Below are positions 26,280-37,819 of a stretch of 61,717 bases of DNA, piece after piece. The position numbers and the translations under genes were made by a program. Positions within the stretch are counted from its first letter, which is position 1. Each line of letters begins with the position of its first letter. This DNA comes from Octopus bimaculoides (Eukaryota): contig NC_068984.1 in NCBI RefSeq assembly GCF_001194135.2, forward strand, positions 52,372,701-52,434,417, in the 5' to 3' direction. A model generated the notes under the pieces. The model was not told the origin of the DNA, searched no databases, and was given only the letters and a program-made list of their open reading frames with translations.

Positions 26280-26497
26280 AATTCTTTCAATTATAGGCAC
26301 AAGTCCTGGATTTTTGTGGGGAGGGAGACAATCAATCACATCGACCACAGTACTTGACTGGTACTTAATTTGTTGACCCTGAAAGGATGAAAGGCAAAGT
26401 TGACCTTGGCAGAATTTGAACTCAGAACATAAAGACAGGCAAAATGCTGCTAAGCAATTTTCTCAGCATGCTACCAATTCTGCCAGCTCACTATCTT
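26280..26497 (-). mobile_element. SINE family B
   Basis: GAGCTGGCAGAATTGGTAGCATG...TTCTGAGTTCAAATTCTGCC on the minus strand. Confidence 0.8.
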
Positions 26498-27144
26498 AAT
26501 AATAATAATGATGATGATGATGATAATTATTGGTGTGCTTAATTTCTCTTCAAGTTGCAATAAGTACATTAAAATTTCATACAATACCATTATCTTTATT
26601 GAAAAGATTCAATTGAAGATAGCCTTTTGTGGCAACTATCCACCTATAACATAGCCAAGACTAGCTTATCCACCTATAAGAGAGCCAAATCTAGGCTTCC
26701 ATTTCAGACAAAATGTGTTCCATGTTAAAGTACTACTCATGTATCTGTGACAGTAGAGCAGTCACATATAAGAGAGGAATACTTTACACAGTGTTTGCAC
26801 TCAATCATTCAATTTATCATCCAGCTAATAGACAAAACTTCCTTCACAGAGACTTTGCTATCAGTAGCCCAACAAAATGCTAAGTCCTCTATCTATCCTT
26901 ACCAATATTTCTACAATAGATTCTAATCAGGCAATGTTCTTCAGTCCCACAAAACACATTTGAGGCACCTGCTTATTTTTCTTTTCTCATTTCTACTATA
27001 TTACATTTCTACTATATCAAAAAGCATCTTTCTTTCATTCCCTTTTCTTTTTCTTTCTTTTCATTTTTTTTGAAAAGTTGCAAGCATTATTCATTTAACT
27101 TATTCACAAAACGAATTTATTCCTCACTATTGCCCTACCTGGTA

Positions 27145-27217
<73 letters not shown>

Positions 27218-27220
<3 letters not shown>

Positions 27221-28400
27221 TGGGGGAAAATAAATATTCGTACATGTCAAAATTCTTTATTTAATTTCTAATGAACATAAATGGGATATACCAATACTAT
27301 ATTTGCATACACATACATAAACTAAGAATATGGAAAAGAAACTAATAAATTATAGTAACTAATGAATTTATATACAAATATAAATATTTAGGGGTGAAAA
27401 GTGGCCATTAACTTCCAGACATGTATTAATACAGAGAACTGCTACTTAGGCAACTTGGCCAAAGTGTCCAGTGGTGTTGCATACATGCCATTTCAAATTC
27501 TTTCTGAAGGGCCATCAGTATAGCCAGTTTTCTACAATACATGACTTCCTTTAGGGTGCCTCATAGGTAAAAGTCTTCTGGTGTTAAATCAAGAGAATGT
27601 GCAGGGAACTCAACTGCACCTCTTTGTCCTATCCAATGTCCTTGCAAATTGTCATCCAGATAAAGCTCACACATCTTGGCTGTAGTATGATGTTGCACTA
27701 TCTTGTTAAAAGAAAAATTCATCATCTCCATAAAGTGCACTATGTGTAGGTATGCTCAACTAGTAACAATACCTTCAAAGAAAAATGGTCCTATTAAATC
27801 TCTTGAGGATACTTCACATCAAATATTGACACCCAGTAAATTAACTGCTTTATCCACGTGCAAGCAAGCATTTTCTGGTGCCTAGTAAGCTCAGTTATGT
27901 CAGTTCACTGTTCTATTTAGTTTAAACTGTGCTTCATCAGACTATACATTTGTCTTCACAAATTCTTCATCCTAACCTATTATTTGTAGAAACCACTCAC
28001 AAGACTCAATTCTTTAATCAGGATCATCGTCATTAATTGCATGTAATAATCTTGGGATGTAAACTGACCACTTAGCTCTTCTAAGAATGCACCATATGTC
28101 TGTACTACTTATTTCGGTTTTGCATGTGCATTGTTTGGTAGACTTCTGTGGCAAGTGTGTGAAATGCTCCAACACCATAACCAAAAAAGCAATGCTTGTT
28201 ACTGTACAAGATCTGCCAGATTTTTTCCTTCTGCACATCACACAGAGCCATGTGTTTCAAATTTATCACAATTCCATGAAATAGTCAGGCATGCTGGAGG
28301 TTCTGTTCCAAACCCATGCCTCCCTTGTTGATGAACTTGAAAAATATTTTCAAATTTAAAATACCACTCTGCCGTTTTTTCACAGTTGCTCACAATAGCA
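27218..28400 (-). mobile_element. Degenerate Tc1/mariner transposase, rosa/DD41D-like
   Basis: SDEAQFKLNRTVN*HN*AY*APENACLHVDKAVNLLGVNI*CEVSSRDLIGPFFFEG; terminal TA-CAGTGGGGGAAAATAAATATTCG at 27216. The second TIR was not identified, so the right boundary is approximate. Confidence 0.7.
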
Positions 28401-28879
28401 TCAAGAAGTCATAAGAAAGTTTTCAGAATTGTTAATCTCAAAATAATACCTATTGACTATTTCATGCATCAACAGTTGATTAAGTGCAACCTTACCAACA
28501 ATAAAATCACAGTATTTTTTAAGTAAAATGTTTTTTTTTTAATGTCTTTATTACGTGTGTGTGCGTGTGTGCGTCAGTATTTGTATGTTTGTGTCTCCTT
28601 GTCTTTATAATGTGTGGAAGTTGTAATCATACAAGCAGTATCAGTTATTTCCTATCTTCTGTGAAAACATATCTGGCTATGGGGAAATATTGCCTTGCTT
28701 GGAAAACAAGTATGGGTTGGTGACAAGAAGGACATCCAGCCCTAGAAAATTTGCTCTTCAAAGAACTCTCCAACCCATGTAAGCAGGGAAAAGGGGCCAC
28801 TAAACCAATGATGAAGATGATGATATATATCTATAAATATGTGCATGTGTGTGTGTATATATCTATCTGTCTGTCCGTC

Positions 28880-28938
<59 letters not shown>

Positions 28939-29016
28939 TAAGTCATCTAAAAGTCGATAAGTCAGGAAAAAAATGCACCCGTATATCTGTCGATAGAGTG
29001 GGAATATTATGCAACA

Positions 29017-29430
29017 TGTACAGTATTATATATCCGTTACAGCCAACCTTTCCAATCAGTTTCATGCAAGGGGTTCAACATAGTGTTAGGTAATAATCCA
29101 ATTATGTAACCTTATGCTCATCCATGGCAGCCGAAATTGAATGAAATATGGTGACTGCTCTCTGTTGTTGGAGATGATTAGACAGTTGCTGTGAAAAAAA
29201 TGATGAAATTTAATCCCCTTCTCATTTCATAGTCTTTTTTCACAACAACTGCAAACCAGATGTGTCCATTCACCTCCAACAATAGAGAGCAATTACCATA
29301 TTTCATTCCATATTGGCTATCTCTGATGAACATTGGGTTATATAACCGGATTATCACCTAACACTCCATTGAATCTCTGGTGTGAAACCAATTGGTAAGA
29401 TTGGCCATAATGGACATATAATACTGTACA
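29017..29430. repeat. Old imperfect fold-back palindrome
   Basis: TGTACAGTATTATATATCCGTTACAGCCAA... versus ...TTGGCCATAATGGACATATAATACTGTACA; inner matches TGAAATATGGT/ACCATATTTCA and GTGAAAAAAA/TTTTTTCAC. Confidence 0.75.
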
Positions 29431-29444
29431 CTTTGGATTGTGTA

Positions 29445-30770
29445 TATCATCATCATCATCATCGTTTAACGTCCGCTTTCCATGCTAGCATGGGTTGGAC
29501 GATTTGACTGAGGACTGGTGAAACCGGATGGCAACACCAGGCTCCAGTCTGATTTGGCAGAGTTTCTACAGCTGGATGCCCTTCCTAACGCCAACCACTC
29601 AGAGAGTGTAGTGGGTGCTTTTACGTGTCACCCGCACGAAAACGGCCACGCTCGAAATGGTGTCTTTTATGTGCCACCTGCACAAGCCAGTCCAGGGGCA
29701 CTGGCAACGATCTTGCTCGAAAATCCNNNNNNNNNNNNNNNNNNNNNNNNNNNNNNNNNNNNNNNNNNNNNNNNNNNNNNNNNNNNNNNNNNNNNNNNNN
29801 NNNNNNNNNNNNNNNNNNNNNNNNNNNNNNNNNNNNNNNNNNNNNNNNNNNNNNNNNNNNNNNNNNNNNNNNNNNNNNNNNNNNNNNNNNNNNNNNNNNN
29901 NNNNNNNNNNNNNNNNNNNNNNNNNNNNNNNNNNNNNNNNNNNNNNNNNNNNNNNNNNNNNNNNNNNNNNNNNNNNNNNNNNNNNNNNNNNNNNNNNNNN
30001 NNNNNNNNNNNNNNNNNNNNNNNNNNNNNNNNNNNNNNNNNNNNNNNNNNNNNNNNNNNNNNNNNNNNNNNNNNNNNNNNNNNNNNNNNNNNNNNNNNNN
30101 NNNNNNNNNNNNNNNNNNNNNNNNNNNNNNNNNNNNNNNNNNNNNNNNNNNNNNNNNNNNNNNNNNNNNNNNNNNNNNNNNNNNNNNNNNNNNNNNNNNN
30201 NNNNNNNNNNNNNNNNNNNNNNNNNNNNNNNNNNNNNNNNNNNNNNNNNNNNNNNNNNNNNNNNNNNNNNNNNNNNNNNNNNNNNNNNNNNNNNNNNNNN
30301 NNNNNNNNNNNNNNNNNNNNNNNNNNNNNNNNNNNNNNNNNNNNNNNNNNNNNNNNNNNNNNNNNNNNNNNNNNNNNNNNNNNNNNNNNNNNNNNNNNNN
30401 NNNNNNCTAAACTTTGCCCAGGCTATTCTTATTCTAGCAGCTACACTTTCAGCGCACCCACCCCCACTACTAACTTGGTCGCCCAGATAGCGGAAGCTAT
30501 CGACTACCTCTAGTTTTTCACCCTGGAATGAGATAGAAGTTGTTTCCTGTTAGTTTACAGTCTTTATTGCCCCTGAACATCTGCCACAAACAAAAACTAA
30601 CTTGCTGGTTAACCTGCCTTTGATGTTGCTTCACCTCTTATGTGTCCATAGCTTGCACCGGGTACATCTTATAGAGTTACTACCTACTCCTTTTCTACAT
30701 ACTGAGCAGGGCCATCTACCTGAAGGGGTTTGTGTTTTATCTACCTTCCTACTTATTAGGATTTTGGTTA
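29445..30770 (-). mobile_element. 5'-truncated RTE LINE (spans N gap 29727-30406)
   Basis: The 3' UTR is near-identical to the 12832 copy. Coding remnant: KILISRKVDKTQTPSGRWPCSVCRKGVGSNSIRCTRCKLWTHKR*SNIKGRL...VFVCGRC...LEVVDSFRYLGDQVSSGGGCAESVAARIRIAWAKF. Confidence 0.85.
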
Positions 30771-32450
30771 TATATATGTGTGTGTGTGTGTGCATATATA
30801 TATATGTATAATTATTCAATATTAACAGTTTTGTATCAGAAAACCAAGAATTTATACAAGGCTGTAAAAGAAGTGCTCAAACTAGTTGAGACAAAGGTAC
30901 AAAGTTAATTGCAGAATAAAACCGTTAGGTCATCGACTCAAAAAGCCACAGCCCACCAATGACCACATATAAGAAGTACAGCATAAACCACAAAACCAAA
31001 TTAGCAAAGGGAAGTCAAAATTTTTATACACAAGAATAAAATCGATTAAAAATATAATAGAATAACATAAATAAATAAACTGCGACTAAAAAGTTGATTA
31101 AAAATATTATAGACCGGTACAGATATAGTGGAATAAAAAGATATATATATAGAAAAAATAATATAGAGAAAAAAAATAATACATAGGGAAACGTATTAAA
31201 ATAGTTCATTCGTTGAGGTTAATGGCTAATAAAAAGAAGTTTAAATTGTACGAAAGTTCATTACTTCCCTCAGGACAGCAAATTTAGCAGGTAACATCCA
31301 ATTTCTTAATTCATACACAGGAATACCAAAGTACACGGGACAACATAATAACAGAACATCCAATGTGTAACAAAGTAAAATCCATATTTCAGCATCTTCA
31401 GGGTGAAGGCACCAGTAAAAAGAAAAAGAAATTATAATTATGAGAGCAAGCTTGAATAAATAATATGGACTAGCCCAAAGAAAAAAAAAAAAAAATTTAA
31501 TTTTTATTTTTTAGTATACCCTTTTGAATAGTCAGGCAGGTTTGGTAACTAAATAAAACTACTAGGTTTCAAATCCAACGTAAGCCATGATAAAAAATAA
31601 ATACTACCATTATATCCATATTTTTATTATTATTTTTATATCAATATTTTTGTCTTTTTATTTTTATCTTTATTTCTATTATTACCATTATTATCACCAT
31701 TACTACCATTATTACCACTACTAATATTATTATTTTTGTTCTTATTTTTATTTTTATATAGTTTTAGGAAGGTGGAGGAAAATTTATGATTGCAAAAAGG
31801 GATTACCTCGATAAACTTATTCAAGGTTTTCGGCCCAAAAGACCTAAGAATGGAAAGGGATTCCCTANNNNNNNNNNNNNNNNNNNNNNNNNNNNNNNNN
31901 NNNNNNNNNNNNNNNNNNNNNNNNNNNNNNNNNNNNNNNNNNNNNNNNNNNNNNNNNNNNNNNNNNNNNNNNNNNNNNNNNNNNNNNNNNNNNNNNNNNN
32001 NNNNNNNNNNNNNNNNNNNNNNNNNNNNNNNNNNNNNNNNNNNNNNNNNNNNNNNNNNNNNNNNNNNNNNNNNNNNNNNNNNNNNNNNNNNNNNNNNNNN
32101 NNNNNNNNNNNNNNNNNNNNNNNNNNNNNNNNNNNNNNNNNNNNNNNNNNNNNNNNNNNNNNNNNNNNNNNNNNNNNNNNNNNNNNNNNNNNNNNNNNNN
32201 NNNNNNNNNNNNNNNNNNNNNNNNNNNNNNNNNNNNNNNNNNNNNNNNNNNNNNNNNNNNNNNNNNNNNNNNNNNNNNNNNNNNNNNNNNNNNNNNNNNN
32301 NNNNNNNNNNNNNNNNNNNNNNNNNNNNNNNNNNNNNNNNNNNNNNNNNNNNNNNNNNNNNNNNNNNNNNNNNNNNNNNNNNNNNNNNNNNNNNNNNNNN
32401 NNNNNNNNNNNNNNNNNNNNNNNNNNNNNNNNNNNNNNNNNNNNNNNNNN

Positions 32451-32870
32451 GTCCCTATTTTTATTTATATTTTTATATTTATTCCTATTTTTATTTATAT
32501 TTCCATTGTTCCCAGTCCCGTTTCTAAAAGATTGCTTACTACGGTTACTACTAAAAAATGTCTTACCTCCACACCGATCGAATGCAATATGGTCGGGTGG
32601 TAAACCTGCCATCTTATTTTTAAATCTTGTGTTATGTATATATGAAATTCTAGTTTTGAAGCCGCTTGCCTCCAGAGTGTTATTATAAATTGGCGCGTGT
32701 TGGTTAAAAATTTCTTCATTCGATGATAGATTTGATATTCTAATCGAAATGCCCGTAACAATACTATCTATTGTAGACCTAGGATGATTTGATGAGACGT
32801 TCAAATATGACACACATTTATTAGGTTTACGGAAAGGGCAAAACAGACCCGTATCCAGGCACAATGTTAC
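32451..32870 (-). mobile_element. Penelope-like retroelement RT thumb fragment
   Basis: PFRKPNKCVSYLNVSSNHPRSTIDSIVTGISIRISNLSSNEEIFNQHAPIYNNTLEASGF matches the PLE motif YRKP...YI...SNHP...I...I..RIS..S.NEEIF...A..Y..AL..SGY. It may continue across the gap to about 31500. Confidence 0.8.
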
Positions 32871-32986
32871 GCCCAGGAAATTTATTTTGTATATACGTAT
32901 ATATGTGTATATACGTATATATGTATATATACATATGTATATATATATGTATGTATATATATATATATATATATATNNNNNNNNNN

Positions 32987-33021
<35 letters not shown>

Positions 33022-33024
<3 letters not shown>

Positions 33025-33261
33025 AAGAAATAGAGAAATAATTAACAATGAGAAGTAGATCATTGGTGTTTTAAAGTCATTACGTAATTAAGATGAGAGT
33101 ATGTTTACAGCTGCTTCTATTTATCAAAATGGGGTAAATTTGCATTTACCCCATTTTGATAAATAGAAACAGCTGTAAACATACTCTCATCTTAATTAAA
33201 TAATGACTTTAAAGCACCAATGATCCACTTCTCATTGTTAATTATTTCTCTATTTCTTATC
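33022..33261. repeat. Near-perfect 240-bp palindrome (about 118-bp arms, 4-nt loop)
   Basis: GATAAGAAATAGAGAAATAATTAACAATGAGAAG...GGGGTAAAT-TTGC-ATTTACCCC...CTTCTCATTGTTAATTATTTCTCTATTTCTTATC. Confidence 0.95.
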
Positions 33262-33414
33262 GTCTCTATATGTATTAAACAATAGTTTTACCTCCAAATT
33301 ACCTACTACTGTATACCTTATAACAAGGACCATACATACTGAGGCAATACACCAGGAGTGCCTATGGATACATCTATTCCTAAGAGGGTTACATTACCTC
33401 TAACTTTTATCTTA

Positions 33415-33460
<46 letters not shown>

Positions 33461-34139
33461 GGATATATGGGTACAGGACATCACAGTAAGCAACATGAAG
33501 TATGAAAACAAACGAGTTAAATACACAATGAGAGAAAAATGGAAAACAGGATAAGTAACACGAAGAACGACCCTTCATCAGTTGTCAGCTGTCTGTCTAC
33601 TCTTCATTTTGAGCATTCAACAACAATATGAGTCTTCACAGACAGTTGCTCCCATAAATACCAAAATAAAATTTTGGATTTATGGAGGATCAAAGTTGGG
33701 AACAAAAACAGGACAGTGGAGGCATACAAGGAATCGAATGAAGACAAACATGGAGGTTCGTTAGACCAGAACAAGTGGAAAATAGTGAATGCCAGGAGAA
33801 ATATTTCCTTTGTAAAGAGAAAAGATAGAAGAGAGAGATAAAAGACATCCAGTCCTTAGGATGTTGTAGAGGAAAAGAAAGATGGTCACATGAGGAAAAG
33901 AAAGATGGACAATGGTCACATGAGAGCAATGAGGGAGTGAAAAAGAGAAAGAGGGGGAGAGAGAGCGACAGATAGAAAATGGTGAATGGGAGAAAAGGGA
34001 ATTAGAGAAGGATGGGGTAGAAAACAGTATAGAGTAGAGTCGTATCAAAAAGGTTAAGATAAACTTACTGGGAAATGGATGTGTGGCATTCAATTAAATA
34101 TGCACTAACTGTGATTCTAGAAAAGTGTATGTGTATATA

Positions 34140-34183
<44 letters not shown>

Positions 34184-34713
34184 NNNNNNNNNNNNNNNNN
34201 NNNNNNNNNNNNNNNNNNNNNNNNNNNNNNNNNNNNNNNNNNNNNNNNNNNNNNNNNNNNNNNNNNNNNNNNNNNNNNNNNNNNNNNNNNNNNNNNNNNN
34301 NNNNNNNNNNNNNNNNNNNNNNNNNNNNNNNNNNNNNNNNNNNNNNNNNNNNNNNNNNNNNNNNNNNNNNNNNNNNNNNNNNNNNNNNNNNNNNNNNNNN
34401 NNNNNNNNNNNNNNNNNNNNNNNNNNNNNNNNNNNNNNNNNNNNNNNNNNNNNNNNNNNNNNNNNNNNNNNNNNNNNNNNNNNNNNNNNNNNNNNNNNNN
34501 NNNNNNNNNNNNNNNNNNNNNNNNNNNNNNNNNNNNNNNNNNNNNNNNNNNNNNNNNNNNNNNNNNNNNNNNNNNNNNNNNNNNNNNNNNNNNNNNNNNN
34601 NNNNNNNNNNNNNNNNNNNNNNNNNNNNNNNNNNNNNNNNNNNNNNNNNNNNNNNNNNNNNNNNNNNNNNNNNNNNNNNNNAATATAATATGTGACAATT
34701 ATTTGGTAGCCAT

Positions 34714-34774
34714 GATAAAACTCCGAGTTTCAGATGTTGGGGCGGAAACCCACACCAGCATCTCTTCAGTTATC
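34714..34774 (-). ncRNA. Putative type I hammerhead ribozyme (left arm)
   Basis: GAUAA-CUGAAGA-GAUG...CAUC-U-GAAA-CUC-G-GAG-UU-UUAUC: helix I GAUAA/UUAUC, core boxes present, helix III palindrome-like. One extra nucleotide lies before GAAA. Confidence 0.5.
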
Positions 34775-34780
34775 GGGCCT

Positions 34781-34841
34781 GATAACTGAAGAGATGCCAG
34801 CATGGGTTTCCGACCCAACATCCAAAACTCAGAGTTTTATC
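34781..34841 (+). ncRNA. Degenerate hammerhead-like copy (right arm; GAAA mutated to AAAA)
   Basis: GATAA-CTGAAGA-GATG...CATC-C-AAAA-CTC-A-GAG-TT-TTATC. Confidence 0.35.
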
Positions 34842-34974
34842 ATGGCTACCAAATAATTGTCACATATTATATTTACAGATAAATTCCTCTATTTGCATAA
34901 TATCAAGGTCTCTTTCATTCTTTTGTTGTCTTGCCATTTCTATCAATATATATATATATATATATATAATTGAG

Positions 34975-35700
34975 TCAAGCTATAGCCAATAGAACATGTT
35001 TGTTCTGAAATAGTTCTTTTGCCAGTTTAAGCTTACTGAACAAAGAATATTTTGCTGTGGCTGTTGTTGCAGACATTGTGAGAAAAATCTGGAGTGATAC
35101 ACAAAGATTTTGGATGATGTTTTCCAATTTGTTTTTCTTCAATGCTGCCAAGGTACATCATAGTTTTCATGTTAATTCATTTATTTAGAAGTTCTTTGCC
35201 ACTTATATCAGTATTGTAAATTTCTGTAAATGACATACCATTTGTGAGCAAATGATTTTCTGATATTGATTGGTATTTCCAGTGGAATGAATAAAGTATC
35301 AGAAATTTTCTTTGCAGCTTCAAATCTACAATGTTAGACAACCAAAGACAGAATTAACAATGACATGAAAAGCAAATGTCTGATATAATGATTCTGCTTA
35401 TGTGTTAGGATCCTTTCATCTCTTGACTGGTTACAGTCCTAATATTCCTTTCTGCTTTCTTTTATTTGTCTGTAGGTTAATTTCACTTTGTAGGCTGTTA
35501 GTAACATGCTTTGATTCTATCAGCAGAGAGTCAAATTGATCTTGCAGTTTCTGCAGATTTTTGATAAGTATTTCAATGTTGTCCACTTCAATATCAGAAA
35601 TGACATCTCTCTCCTTTAAGATTATGTTACAGATATTAATGGGAGTAATAATGTGGAACAAGATGGATAACATGAGTATGTGTCTGAAAGAGAACATGTA
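34975..35700 (-). pseudogene. hAT transposase remnant (ZMYM1-like C-terminal half)
   Basis: LSILFHIITPINICNIILKE...LQKLQDQFDSLLIESKHVTNSLQSEINLQTNKRKQK, FHVIVNSVFGCL, NTDISGKELL and LQIFLTMSATTATAKYSLFSKLKL (dimerization motif); frameshifted. Confidence 0.8.
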
Positions 35701-36182
35701 TTTAACTCTTTTAAGACCACATTTCTGTTTATTCAGATAATTTTCAAAATAAAGAAGAATTTAGTATAATAACTTTGTCATTATTAACCTGATGTTTGGA
35801 ACATAAATTAACATGAAATTTTGATGGAATTATAATTCAGATCACTTTAAAACAGAAAGTTTATATCATAGAATAAGGAACAGTCTCAGTTATGTTGGTG
35901 TTAAAAGGATTAACAGTTCCTTAGTTTCTGTTACATCACCTCTGGTGTTTGGCATCAGATTAAGTTTCATAATATCCTATTCAAGAAATCTAATATCATT
36001 AAAATTTGATGTAAATGATTTCACAGTATTAATTCTGGCTGACCACTAGATAGCTGACATGCAGTGCAGTGATTGGCAGCCTGTGTATGTCAATAATTTT
36101 GATATTTATCTTGGATTTTAGGAAAATAGATATTTGGTTCAGTATAACATTCTGATGAATTCCTACTGCACATAATTCAATA

Positions 36183-36870
36183 TAGGTGTGGTTGTGTGGT
36201 AAGAAGCTTGCTTCCCAGCCACATGGTTCTGGGTTCAGTCCCATTGCATGGCACCTTTGGGCAAGTGTCCTGTACTATAGCCTCAGGCTGACCAAAGCCT
36301 TGTGAGTGGATTTGGTAGGCAGAAACTGAAAGAAGCCAAGGCGGCGAGCTGGCAGGAATGTTAGCATGCCAGGCGAAATGCTTAGCGGTATTTCGTCTGC
36401 CGTTACGTTCTGAGTTCAAATTCCAACGAGGTCGACTTTGCGTTTCATCCTTTTGGGGTCGATAAATTAAGTACCAGTTACGCATTGTAAATTAAGTACC
36501 AGTTAAGTCAATCTCATCGACTTAATCTCCTTGTTTGTCCCCTCTATGTTTAGCCCCTTGTGGGCAATAAAGAAATAAGAAATGGAAACTGAAAAAGCCT
36601 GTCATACATATATATATATATATATCAATGAGCATGTGTCTCTGTGCCTGCATCTGCCCACCACCACCACCACCACCACCACCACTACCTGACAACCGAT
36701 GTTGGTGTGTTTACATTTCCACACCTTAGTGGTTCAGCAAAAAGAGAGTGATAGAATAAGTACCAGGCTTTAAAAGAAAATGAGTACTGGGATCTATTAG
36801 TTTGACTAAAATTCCTCAAGATGATGCCCCAGCATGGCCACAATTTAGTGACAAAACAAATAAAAGATAT
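36183..36870 (+). mobile_element. SINE family A interrupted by SINE family B
   Basis: A head and body at 36183-36337; A resumes at 36585 after duplicated GAAACTGAAA(G)AAGCC. Confidence 0.8.
36338..36580 (+). mobile_element. SINE family B nested in SINE A
   Basis: GGCGGCGAGCTGGCAGGAATGTTAGCATGCC...TTCTGAGTTCAAATTCC...; flanked by an approximately 15-bp duplication (36322-36337, 36585-36599). Confidence 0.85.
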
Positions 36871-36920
36871 ACATCCACACAGTGGAATAGACTTTCTTCT
36901 GCTTTTTGGATTTTTTACAG

Positions 36921-36953
36921 TGTAACCTGTTGCCGCTTTCTCCTGGGATTAAG
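36921..36953 (+). other. Candidate 33-nt internal exon of an unidentified host gene
   Basis: TTCTTCTGCTTTTTGGATTTTTTACAG|TGTAACC...GGATTAAG|GTAAGG; open as CNLLPLSPGIK (phase 0) or VTCCRFLLGL (phase 2). Splice signals only. Confidence 0.35.
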
Positions 36954-37819
36954 GTAAGGATGAATTGTTTTACCTCTGTTCACTAATCCCCATTACAGTG
37001 AGTTATGTCTTTTTCCTCATACATTTATGTGAAAAGTGTGTTCTCAACAAAATTTTTAAAAGACATCACACAGAATATAAATTTATATATATTCCCATTG
37101 GTGATTTGGATGCTAGGGTATAAAAGGAAAAAAATTATGAATATTTCAAACAGTGGAATAAATTTTATGCCATGAGGATTAAGAGAAGTTACTGCAAATA
37201 TATTTATCAAACAATACAAGCAGAAATTTCATCCCTTTCTAACAAAGAATTCTGCTGTAAGTGTTAGACTTCTTTATTTCATCACAGCATAACATTTATT
37301 CCACTGACTGTTTGAACTCTTTACATTACTGTTTGCCAACGCAAACCATCATGGTTTCCTTGGATTCTATTGTTTTATTGAAAAAAAAAATAAGGATTTG
37401 TCTCAGCAATCATACTATCATAACTTTGTTATGTTTGTAATATAGGATTTTCTTGTGTTACTGAAGTATATGTTCCTGAAAACTTGCCATAACATGAAAT
37501 AAATTTTCCGATTGATTTTCATGTAATAAAGTGATAATACATGCCAATGGATTTTTTGGACAACAGCAAACAACATGACCATTTTTATGTAGGAAAATAA
37601 CAAATTCTAAACATACTCTGTACAATAAGTATGCACAAAAAAATTTTGAAGAAAAATACATTAAGGAATAAATACGAATTGTAATATTGTAATAGAGTAA
37701 TTCTTACCACAAAGCATGTTGACTGCTATGTGATAGTTTGTGGTGGAATGAGTGTTACTGGGTAGATAAGGGATGCTATCTTGATCTCGTAGTTCATTAT
37801 CATCAGCATCTACCCAAGA

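Larger units (their letters stand above)
34682..34873. repeat. 192-bp palindrome (about 93-bp arms, GGGCCT loop)
   Basis: AATATAATATGTGACAATTATTTGGTAGCCATGATAAAACTC... versus ...GAGTTTTATCATGGCTACCAAATAATTGTCACATATTATATT. Confidence 0.95.

Noticed and set aside
31387-31401. CTGAAGA-TGCT-GAAA on the minus strand
   Set aside because: No helix II and no helix I partner found; not a convincing hammerhead.
33575-33581. CTGATGA box on the minus strand in a possible PLE-type repeat (33461-34110)
   Set aside because: No suitably placed GAAA box or helices.
29518-34698. ORFs of 190-350 aa containing X runs
   Set aside because: They are open only because they cross N gaps. Gaps: 582-681, 13210-13577, 14784-14891, 29727-30406, 31868-32450, 32977-32986, 34184-34681, 60334-60560.
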